From Amphiscolops sp. MND2022 (lineage: Eukaryota), in contig OZ076409.1 of NCBI GenBank assembly GCA_964187785.1, forward strand, positions 73,038,001 through 73,102,000: DNA of 64,000 nt. Reading direction: 5' to 3'. Shown here one piece after another: positions 35,201-46,900 of this stretch. The position numbers and the translations under genes are program-made. The notes under the pieces were generated by a model. That model was not told the DNA's origin. It saw nothing but the letters and a program-made list of their open reading frames with translations, and did not search any database. Within the stretch, counting starts at the first letter, position 1. Each line of letters begins with the position of its first letter.

Positions 35201-38200
35201 AATTTTGGTTCAAATCGGACTGAAACTTGGCGAGAAATTAACGGTTTTTTGGGCGTTTCCGGGGTAAATTTTTTAACGGTCCAGCTTATCTTTGCCATTT
35301 TTTCGAAAATGTACATGCCTAAAGGCCTCCCCCTGGCCGAATTTCCTCCCAGCAAAACCATTTGGCCCTAAATACGGAGTTTCAGCTGTCCAGCATTTCC
35401 GGGCGAAAAGTTGTGGGACTTGGAAAAATTTCAAAATTTTTTCAAAAATTTTTTTCCCGTTTTCCGGGCCCCCAATGAAGGGGAACGACCCCCCAACCAG
35501 TATTTTGAGTAAATTCATGAGGAAAGCCCATGTTTAGAGGAGAAAAATGCCGTTTAGAACGTCTTTTTATCTTAACTTGATGTTGACTTATGATCTTTTG
35601 AGTAGCGTATAACACGTGATCACAGTAGTGAAAACCCTAATTTTCAAAAATTTTCAAACCATAACGCATGAAAAGAACCTGGAAAAGGTTCCGATGGGTC
35701 AGTTGGGATGTCTGAAGCATGTGTACATTCCCGTAGTGTATAGCGGATGTATTTGGGACTTATTAGAAATTGTGATATGTTTTATACAAGTCTTTGTTTC
35801 TCTTAGAATCTTATGCAGTTGAGTACATTCCATCTCACTCTCAGGGGAGATGTGAATGTACGTTTGCCAAATGCCTTGTATATTTCACATCTTTGATGGA
35901 TTCAAATAACTAAACAAGTGTGATTTGCGTTTGCCGAACCACTGCGACAAAATATCCTAAATCTATAGCGAGTTTGTATGGTTTTTGTCTTTAGTGTTTC
36001 GTCTTGTGTAGCCGACTTCCACATCCAAATATCAACGCCCGCCGTCCGTAGGCATGCCGAGGCATGCCTTTCGACGACGTATGCCAAATACCCAATGCCA
36101 CGCTGTCATTATCGCTAGGTGCCCGGATTTCTATTCATTAAAGTATGTTGCGCGTGTGGGTAGGGCCCCGTGGCGCGCTCTTGTGTCCCTGTTCTAAAAT
36201 CTGTAATTTCCGGCAGCATTCTGAGCGATTTTCTAAACTATCCATACGATTCGGCTGAAATTTGGCACACGTACCCCCCTCGGCACGGTGAAGATGATTT
36301 CCTACTGACGTTTTTCCCGCAAAATTTTTTTTGTTGTCCAAAATAACGGTTTTTGGGGTAAAATTTTGAATTTTTTTAAATTTTATCTTATATCTCGCCA
36401 CGGGTTTACGCTAGCGCTTCAAAACCCTGCTAAAGAAAGCTTGCAAACTGTCTCAGGAATGCGGTGTGAAATTTTCAGCTCAATCGGACTCAAACTCAGG
36501 GAGATATAGCGTTTTTCCGGAGCGGGGGGGTTTCATTTTTCTAACGGTCCAGCTTATCTTAGCCATTTTTTCGAAAATGTACTCGCCTAAAGACCTCCCC
36601 TGGCCGGTTACATTCCCAGCAAATTCATTTGGCCCTAAATACGGAGTTTCAGCGTTCCAGCATTCCCGGGCGAAAAGTTGTGGGACTTAGAAAATTTCAA
36701 AAATTTTCAAAAATTTTTTTTTTGGTTTTCCACCCTCCCCCCCGAGGGGAAAAGACCCCCCAACCAGTAATTTGAGTGAATTCATGTGGAAAGGCCATGT
36801 TTAGAGGAGAAAAATCCCGTTTAAATTGTCTTTTTATCTTTATTCAACGTTGACTTATGACGTTTTGAAGGTGATGTTTGGAGGTGAGAAGCACGTGAAA
36901 AGTAAACGTTATGAGTATTTATCTGATCTGAAAGCCATTGAGATGCAACCTGTTTTGCTCAAAACGTAATTCATATCAGTTTGGTAGTCAATCAACACCC
37001 TTTGTTGTCATTTGACATCTTTTTTTGTTGATATAAGAAAAAATTTCGTGTATTTATTCATTTTTTTCTCATCAAATAACTTGAAACAGTTGAGTACATT
37101 CCATCCCCCCTTCACGGGGGAGATGAGAATGTACTCGCAAAAAGCCCCGAACTACGGCCCTTACCTTCCTGAGCTACGCAGTATAAAGATTGCATATTGG
37201 TTCCGACATTTTGATAGAGTTATTTCTTGGTAATCTGTCTGGGTATGCAGAAAAACCAGCACGTGCTTTTTTATACCAAGTTGCTCACAACGACATTTAT
37301 TTTATATCAACGCCCCCATATTTATCAACGCCCACCGTCCGTGGGCATGCCGAGGCATGCCCTTCGACGACGTATACCAAGATATACTCCCGAGCGCGGT
37401 AGCCGCTAGGTGCCGGGATTTCCATTCGATAAGGAATTCTGCGCGTGTGGGTAGGGCCCCTGGCGCGCTCCTGTGTTTTCGGTTTTCCTACTCCAAATTC
37501 ACACCCCAGTTATCTCCGATCTCGTAAACTATCCATACGATTTGGCTGAAATTTGGCACACGTACCCCCCTCGGCACGCTGAAGATGATTCCCTACTGAC
37601 GTTTTGCTCGCTAAACATTTTTTGTTGACCAAAATAACGGTTTTTGGGGTAAAATTTTCAACTTTTTTTAAATTTCATCTTATATCTCGCCACGGGTACA
37701 CGCTAGCGCTTCCAAAACTTGCTGACGAAAGCTTGCAAACTGTCTCAGGAATGCGGTGTGAAATTTTCAGCTCAATCGGACTTAAACTCGGGGAGATATA
37801 GCGTTTTTCCGGAGCGGGGGGGTTTCATTTTTCTAACGGTCCAGCTTATCTTAGCCATTTTTTCGAAAATGTAATCGCCTAAAGGCCTCCCCTGGCCGGT
37901 TTTACTCCCAGCAAAACCATTTGGCCCTAAATACGGAGTTTCAGCGTTCCAGCATTCCCGGGCGAAAAGTTGTGGGACTTAGAAAATTTCAAAAATTTTC
38001 AAAATTTTTTTTTTCCGTTATTTGGGCCCCCAAAGTGGGGGAAAAGACCCCCCAACCAGTAAAGCAAGTGAATGCATGTGCAAAGCCCTTGTTTGGACGA
38101 GAAAAATGCCGTTTAGAACGTCTTTTTATCTTGGCTCAACGTTGACTTATGACGTTTTGAAGGTGATGTTTGGAGGTGTAAAGCACGTGAATAGTAAACG

Positions 38201-41200
38201 TTATGAGTATTTATCTGATCTGAAAGCCATTGAGATGCAATATGGTTTGCTCAAAACGTAATTCATTGCAGTTTGGCAATCAATCAACACCCTTTGTTGT
38301 CGTTTGACATATTTTTTTGTTGTTATAATAAAAAATTTTGTGTATTTATTCATTTTTTTCTCATCAAATAACTTGAAAGAGTTGAGTACATTCCATCCCC
38401 CCCTTCCGGGGGAGATGAGAATGTACTCGCAAAAAGCACCGAACTACGGCCCTTACCTTCCCGAGCTACGCAGTATAAGGATTACATATTGGTTCCGACT
38501 TTTTCATAGAGTTATATCTTGGTAATCTGTCTGGATATGCCGAAAAATCAGCACGTGCCTTTTAATACCAAGTTGCTCACAACAACAATTCTTTTATATC
38601 AACGCCCCCATATTTATCAACGCCCCCCGTCCGTGGGCATGCCGAGGCATGCCCTTCGACGACGTATACCAAGATATGCCATAACGCGTTAGCCTAGGTG
38701 CCGGGATTTTCTATTCGACAAGTTTGCGCGCCTTGGGGAGGGTCCCTTTGCGCGCTTTAAGATCCAGGTGTTTCCAACTCCTAAACGGGCATGTGATTTC
38801 GACGATCTCCTAAACTAGCCATACGATTTGGCTGAAATTTGGCACACGTACCCCCCTCGGCACGGTGAAGATGATTTCCTACTGACGTTTTTCCCGCTAA
38901 ACATTTTTTGTTGACCAAAATAACGGTTTTTGGGGTAAAATTTTCAACTTTTTTTAAATTTCATCTTATATCTCGCCACGGGTACACGCTAGCGCTTCCA
39001 AACCTTGCTGACGAAAGTTTGCAAACTGTCCCAGGAATGCTGTGTGAAATTTACAGCTCAATCGGACTTAAACTCGAGGAGATATAGCGTTTTTCCGGAG
39101 CGGGGGGGTTTCATTTTTCTAACGGTCCAGCTTATCTTTGCCATTTTTTCGAAAATGTACTCGCCTAAAGGCCTCCCCTGGCCGGTTTTATTCCCAGCAA
39201 AACCATTTGGCCCTAAATACGGAGTTTCAGCGTTCCAGCATTCCCGGGCGAAAAGTTGTGGGACTTAGAAAATTTCAAAAATTTTCAAAAATTTTTTTTC
39301 CGTTATTTGGGCCCCCAAAGTGGGGGAAAAGACCCCGCAACCAGTAAAGCAAGTGAATGCATGTGGAAAGCCCTTAGTTAGATGAGAAAAATGGCGTTTA
39401 GAACGTCTTTTTATCTTGGCTCAACGTTGTCTTATGACGTTTTGAAGGTGACCGTTAGATACGGAAAATTGATGTTTTGAGTCTTTATCCCATCTGAAAG
39501 CCACTGAGATACAACATGTTTTGCTCAAAACGTATTTCATTGCAGTTTCGCTGTCCATTAACACCCTTTGGTGTCTTTTGACGTATTTTTCTTTTCTATA
39601 ATAACATTTTTTCTGTGTATTTATTCATTTGTTTTTCATCAAATAACTTGAAACAGTTGAGTACATTCCATCTCCCTTCCCGGGGGAGATGAGAATGTAC
39701 TCGCTAAAGGCCGCGAACTACGGTCTATATCTTCCCCAAAACAAAAGAGATTGAAAATTGTTTCATTTTGTGGAAAAAGTTCTTCTTTTTGTACACTGTG
39801 ACTCGACAAAGTGAACGTTTCTTACCTATTTTGAAACTTCCCTCACCAAAAACCATCTCTAACGTCAGCGCCCCCCTACTTGCATCAACGCCCCCCGTCC
39901 GTGGGCATGCCGAGGCATGCCCTTCGACGACGTATACCAAGATATACCTGGAGCGCGGTAGCCGCTAGGTGCCGGGATTTCTATTCGATAAAGTATGTGG
40001 CGCGTGTGGGTAGGGTCCCTGGCGCGCTCTTGGGTATGGTGTTCACCAGCTAGGAAACAGGGGTCGATTTTTCGGGATCTCCTAAACTAGCCACACGATT
40101 TGGCTGAAATTTGGCACACGTACCCCCCTCGGCACGGTGAAGATGATTTCCTACTGACGTTTTTCCCGCAAAATTTTTTTTGTTGACCAAAATAACGGTT
40201 TTTGGGGTAAAATTTTGAATTTTTTTTAAATTTTATCTTATATCTCGCCACGGGTTTACGCTAGCGCTTCAAAACCCTGCTAAAGAAAGCTTGCAAACTG
40301 TCTCAGGAACGCGGTGTGAAATTTTCAGCTCAATCGGACTCAAACTCAGGGAGATATAGCGTTTTTCCGGAGCGGGGGGGTTTCATTTTTCTAACGGTCC
40401 AGCTTATCTTTGCCATTTTTTCGAAAATGTACTCGCCTAAAGACCTCCCCTGGCCGGTTTTATTCCCAGCAAAACCATTTGGCCCTAAATACGGAGTTTC
40501 AGCGTTCCAGCATTCCCGGGCGAAAAGTTGTGGGACTTAGAAAAGTTCAAAAATTTTCAAAAAAATTTTTTTCCGTTTTCCGCCCTCCCCCCCTAGGGGA
40601 AAAGACCCCCCAACCAGTAATTTGAGTGAATTCATGTGGAAAGGCCATGTTTAGAGGAGAAAAATCCCGTTTAAATCGTCTTTTTATCTTTATTCAACGT
40701 TGACTTATGACGTTTTGAAGGTGATGTTTGGAGGTGTGAAGCACGTGAAAAGTAAACGTTATGAGTATTTATCTGATCTGAAAGCCATTGAGATGCAACC
40801 TGTTTTGCTCAAAACGTAATTCATATCAGTTTGGTAGTCAATCAACAACCTTTGTTGTCATTTGACATCTTTTTTTGTTGATATAAGAAAAAATTTCGTG
40901 TATTTATTCATTTTTTTCTCATCAAATAACTTGAAACAGTTGAGTACATTCCATCCCCCCTTCACGGGGGAGATGAGAATGTACTCGCAAAAAGCCCCGA
41001 ACAACGGTCCTTACCTTCCTGAGCTACGCAGTATAAAGATTGCATATTGGTTCCGACATTTTGATAGAGTTATATCTTGGTAATCTGTCTGGGTATGCAG
41101 AAAAACCAGCACGTGCTTTTTTATACCAAGTTGCTCACAACGACAATTATTTTATATCAACGCCCCCATATTTATCAACGCCCCCCGTCCGTGGGCATGC

Positions 41201-42520
41201 CGAGGCATGCCCTTCGACGACGTATACCAAGATATGTTCGAGCGCGTTAGCCTAGGTGCCGGGATTACTATTCGTTCGAGTATGTGGCGCGTGTGGGTAG
41301 GGCCCCTGGCGCGCTCTTTTATTTCGGGTACACCTACTCCAAATTCACGATGTGATTTCGACGATCTCGTAAACTAGCCACACGATTTGGCTGAAATTTG
41401 GCACACGTACCCCCCTCGGCACGGTGAAGATGATTCCCTACTGACGTTTTGCCCGCTAAACATTTTTTGTTGACCAAAATAACGGTTTTTGGGGGAAAAT
41501 TTTGAACTTTTTTTAAATTTCGTCTTATATCTCGCCACGGGTTTACGCTAGCGCTTCAAAACCTTGCTAACGAAAGTTTGCAAACTGTCTCAGGAATGCG
41601 GTGTGAAAATTTCAGCCCAATCGGACTTAAACTCGAGGAGATATAGCGTTTTTCCGGAGCGGGGGGGTTTCATTTTTCTAACGGTCCAGCTTATCTTTGC
41701 CATTTTTTCGAAAATGCACTCGCCTAAAGGCCTCCCCTGGCCGGTTTTATTCCCAGCAAAACCATTTGGCCCTAAATACGGAGTTTCAGCGTTCCAGCAT
41801 TCCCGGGCGAAAAGTTGTGGGACTTAGAAAATTTCAAAAATTTTCAAAAAAATTTTTTCCGTTATTTGGGCCCCCAAAGTGGGGCAAAAGACCCCCCAAC
41901 CAGTAAAGCAAGTGAATGCATGTGGAAAGCCCTTGTTTAGACGAGAAAAATGGCGTTTAGAACGTTTTTTTATCGTAACTTGACATTGACTTTTGTCGTT
42001 TTGAAGGTGACCGTTAGATACGGAAAATTGATGTTTTGAGTGTTTATCCCATCTGAAAGCCATTGAGATACAACATGTTTTGCTCAAAACGTGTTTCATT
42101 GGAGTTTCGCTGTCCATTAACACCCTTTGGTGTCTTTTGACGTAATTTTCGTTTCTATAATAACAATTTCTTTGTGTATTTATTCATTTTTTTCTCATCA
42201 AATAACTTGAAACAGTTGAGTACATTCCATCTCCCTTCCCGGGGGAGATGAGAATGTACTCGCTAAAGGTCAGGAACTACGGTCTATATCTTCCACAACA
42301 CAAAAGAGATTGCAAATTGTTTCAGTTTGTCGCAGAAAACTTCTTTTTGCACTCTGTGACTCGACAAAGTGAACGTTTCTTACTTACTTTGAATCTCACC
42401 ATACCACAACTCATCTCTAACGTCAACGCCCCCCACACACATCAACGCCCCCCGTCCGTGGGCATGCCGAGGCATGCCCTTCGACGACGTATAGCAAAAT
42501 ATATTCGAACGCGGTAGCCG

Positions 42521-43909
42521 CTAGGTGGTCGGGGCGGTCCCCAGAACGCACAAGGAGGCGCGGGGAGGGTCCTGCGCCGACGTAGAATAATTTCATATAA
42601 TACTAGTATCCTACATGGGTGTTTTAGAAGCGATTTTGGAAACTAACCGTAGGATTTGGATAATTTTTTGCATGCGGCCTTAACTCGAAATTCTAAGACC
42701 TTTTTCCTACTGTCATTTTCCCCTCAAATTGTTTTGTGTTGACTTATGGCCGAAAAACCGGAAATAACGTCCTTTTTAGACGTTATATCCGAAGTGTCGT
42801 CATAACTTTTTTCCAGGGCATGCTAGCGTTCTTGTTCACTTTTACACTTAGTTGCAGCATCTCGAAATACAACTGGTGGAAAATTTTGGTTGCATTCGGA
42901 TCACCCCCCACCGAGATAGAAGGGTTTTCCCCTCCAGTTTTACCCCCCAAATTTGCGAAAAAGCTAATTTTGAGCATGAAGCCGAGGATTTAGCGTACCC
43001 GCACCCTCCTGATGTTTTGTTGTAAGTATTGGGGTGAATCTGACCACATGTGTGGTTTTCACCCCCAACCCCCCCTGGGACCGGAAATGACATTTTTTTG
43101 TACTTTTCGGCAGAAATTAGCTTTTTTCATTAGTAGGCAGTCGTTTTAGGGACTCTTAGCAGGATATCGAAATTGAAATACAACCTGATCACAACCCAGA
43201 GACAACATGTTGGCCATTTGGAGGTTCAATCATGACCGGAAGTGGGGTCAACCCCCCTTTTTGTGACCGCTTTTTGACCTCGTGCACCAAAATGCCAACA
43301 ACTTTAGCCCTAATGACGCATTCAAATCTGTACAAAGAAAGAATGTTAGACAACCGAAGTCCCGGAAGATCTTTAGCATATACCGGAAGTTACCCCCCAT
43401 GACCGGAAGTTACCCAATGTGACCGGAAATGGTCCAAAAATTAATGTAAAGTTGAATTTTTCACTATTTCAAGACCACTTCATTGAACATTTTCATTCCC
43501 AAAACTAGCGTACTGGCTTGTTTTTTCTGAAATTATGGAAATTGATGAGCTCTATCACCCCCGATAGCCTTCGAAGTTGACCTTGCGTCAACTTTGGAGG
43601 CTATCGATACTGAAAATGAACATTAAAGTACATTATTGCTCTCGGTTTTTTCCCGTTGTTTTTCCTCAAACATTCTTGAGACATATACATGGCCGTTAAT
43701 TGAAATCAATATTTAGCCCATGTTATAGCTGGAGCAGCGAAGCGTTACACAGGCTAGTGTGGTTTTGAAATTACATTATTTAAATTAACAAATGACCGTC
43801 TTAGTCAACTCCACACATTCATACCAACGCCCACCGTCTGTGGGCATGCCGAGGCATGCCCTTCGACGACGTATGACGAATCCACTCCAACGACGCCCGC
43901 AGTCCTCAG
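42521..43909 (+). mobile_element. Divergent-family cassette (1389 bp)
   Basis: Same architecture as 30874-32270: CCGGAA triplet at 43383/43403/43423, alternative hairpin at 43563-43605, standard junctions. Confidence 0.65.
43383..43428 (+). repeat. Three CCGGAA(G/A) motifs at exact 20-bp spacing (also 28315-28360 and 31748-31793; variant at 23772-23819)
   Basis: Read directly from the sequence. Each triplet ends in CCGGAAATGGTC(C/A)AAAA. Confidence 0.88.
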
Positions 43910-46900
43910 CTAGGTGGCCGGAAATTTTTTTTTTCATCAAAATCTTTGCCATTGGGGGAGGGGCCCCGGATGGCCAGTAGTACGGGATAGCTTCCTACCA
44001 AATCCAGATGGAAAAAACGTGATTTCGGAAACTAGCCGTCAGAATTTGCTCAAATTTTGCATACGGCTTCCTATGACAATCCTAAGAACTAATCCCTACT
44101 GGCATTTTGCCCAAAAAACGCAAAAAGTTGGTCAAAATCTTAGTTTTTTGGTCAAAAAATGGCGTTTTTTCGAAAAAAAAATTTTTCAGAGACAATTACT
44201 CGTAACTGGTTCACCCAGCGCAAAAACGCCTAGCTGATTTATTGTCGGGCACTTCATCAGGAGTACGTATACAAATTTTCGTCCAAATCGGATAAAAATT
44301 GATTGAGAAATAACTGAAAATTTGAGGCATTTTTTTGGAAATTTTCGAAATCCCAGTCTATCTCTGCCGTTTTTTGCCCAGATTTTTTACCAGACACTTT
44401 CCTAAAGACCTCCCCTGGCCGGTTTACCTCCCAGCAAAACCATTTGGCCCTAAATACGGAGTTTCAGCATTCCAGCAAACCCCGGGTAAAAGATAAATGA
44501 CTTAGAATTTTTTCGAAAAATTTTCAAAAATTTTTTTTTTCAAATTCAGGCCTCCCAAAGTCAAGAAACTTCCACACAACTAGGATTGCAAGTGATAGCA
44601 TGTGGAAAGTGCTTGAATAGACGAGAATAATTAGCTATTATACGACTCTGTAGCTTAACCGGACGTTGACTTATGATAATTTTAGTGTGAGCTTCGTATG
44701 TGCTGAAAAAATCAAAAAAACCTAAAAGTCTTTTAAAAGTAATCAGAATACGTCCAATCAACCCCAGAGCTGTTAAATTGCTGTTGTGCAGTGGAGCAAC
44801 ACCATTTAGAGTGTTTTGACCCATTTTGATAAGTTTTGATACCGTCTTGTTCATCCGATAGCACAAAACAGTTGAGTACATTCCATCTCCCTCCTTGTGG
44901 GGGAGATGAGAATGTACTCGCTAAAAGTCAGGCACTATAGCGCCCATTTGTTTTATTCGACGCTAGTGATGCTATTGCACACGAATACAATAGTTTTGTC
45001 AAATCATGTTTGACATGATGAATCTTACTATACCTTTAGTTTACGTTAACCTACTACTACAACATCGCATCCGTAACGTCAACGCCACATACTCGCGTCA
45101 ACGCCCACCGTCCGTGGGCATGCCGAGGCATGCCCTTCGACGACGTATGCCAAATAGCGCCACAGGGCGCAAACTTGTCCGCTAGGTGGCCGGAAATTTT
45201 TTTTTCAGCAAAATCTTTGCCATTGGGGGAGGGGCCCCGGATGGCCAGTAGTTCGGCTTGGCTACCTGCAAAATCAGGTACAAAAAAACACGATCTCAAA
45301 ATTGGCCCGTCAGAAATCGCTCATTTTTTGCATGCGGCCCTAAAATCAATATATAAGAACAAAGTCCTGCTGACGTTTTGCCGAAAAAACATTTTTTGTT
45401 GACCAAAAATAACATTTTTCATGCCAAAATGACCGTTTTTTCACATTTTTCAAATTTGAGAGCTCATATCTCGTTCCCAGGTGCCCGGAGCGGTTCGCAC
45501 GTGAACTGCAATATTGCTCAACGTTGTTAACGGAGTGCGTGGACAAATTTTGGTCCAAATCGGACTTAAACTCGGGGAGATATAAACGGATTTTTGGGGG
45601 TTTCCGGGGTAAATTTTTTAACGGTCCAGCTTATCTTTGCCATTTTTTCGAAAATGTACTCGCCTAAAGGCCTCCCCCTGGCCGAATTTCCTCCCAGCAA
45701 AACCATTTGGCCCTAAATACGGAGTTTCAGCGTTCTAGCATTTCCGGGCGAAAAGTTGTAGGACTTAGAATAAATTCAAAATTTTTCAAAAAATTTTTTT
45801 TCGTTTTCCGGCCCCCCAATGAAGGGGAACGACCCCCCAACTTGGATTTTTGGTGAATCCATGTGAAAGGGTCTTGTTTAGTGAAGAAAAATGCCGTTTA
45901 GAGCGACTTTTTATCTTAACTTGACGTTGACTTATGTCGTTTTGAATTTGATATTAGTATGTGTTGAGCATGTGAAAAGTTGAATATTTCAGTTGTTCTT
46001 TCGTGTTAGCCCTTGAGATACAAGCTGTAGTGATCAAAATGTGATTTTTCGCCGTTTCGTGGTGCTTTTGGTGTAATTTGATTCTTTTGGGTAAAAAGTT
46101 GTTCTTTATATATTGACAATTATGGTGTATTGATTCAAATGAACATGAAACAGTTGAGTACATTTCATCTCCCACTTGGGGGAGATGAGAATGTACTCGC
46201 TAAAGTCCTAGTACTATGGCCCGTTTTTGTTTTTATCAGACGTAGATACTGCCAACGGATACTTTTTGTTGGTGCAACTTTCCTGTGCACAATGTCTTTA
46301 GAAGCTAGAAAACTCTATGCCTCTAGCTTACTTCTACTACAAATTCGTCACCGACGTCAACGCCACACACTCTCACTAACGCCCACCGTCTGTGGGCATG
46401 CCGAGGCATGCCCTTCGACGACGTATGCCAAATAGCGCCACAGGGCGCCCAATTTTGTCTAGGTGGCCGGAAATTTTTTTTTCAGCAAAATCTTTGCCAT
46501 TGGGGGAGGGGCCCCGGATGGCCAGTAGTACGGTATAGCTTCCTACCAAATCCAGATGGAAAAAACGTGATTTTGGAAACTAGCCGTCAGAATTTGCTCA
46601 AATTTTGCATACGGCTTCCTATGACAATCCTAAGAACTAATCCCTACTGGCATTTTGCCCAAGAAACGCAAAAAGTTGGTCAAAATCTTAGTTTTTTGGT
46701 CAAAAAATGGCAATTTTTCGAAAAAAATTTTTTTCAGAGACAATTACTCGTAACTGGTTCACCCAGCGCAAAAACGCCTAGCTGATTTATTGTTGGGCAC
46801 TTCATGAGGAGTGCGTATACAAATTTTCGTCCAGATCGGAAAAAAAATGACTAAGTATTAGCCGGAATTCGGACGCATTTTTTCGCAAATTTTTGAAAAC

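Noticed and set aside
43729..43758. GCGAAGC mini-hairpin followed by CTAGT, resembling a Helitron 3' end
   Set aside because: It occurs once, the stem is very short, and it is absent from the sister unit 30874-32270.
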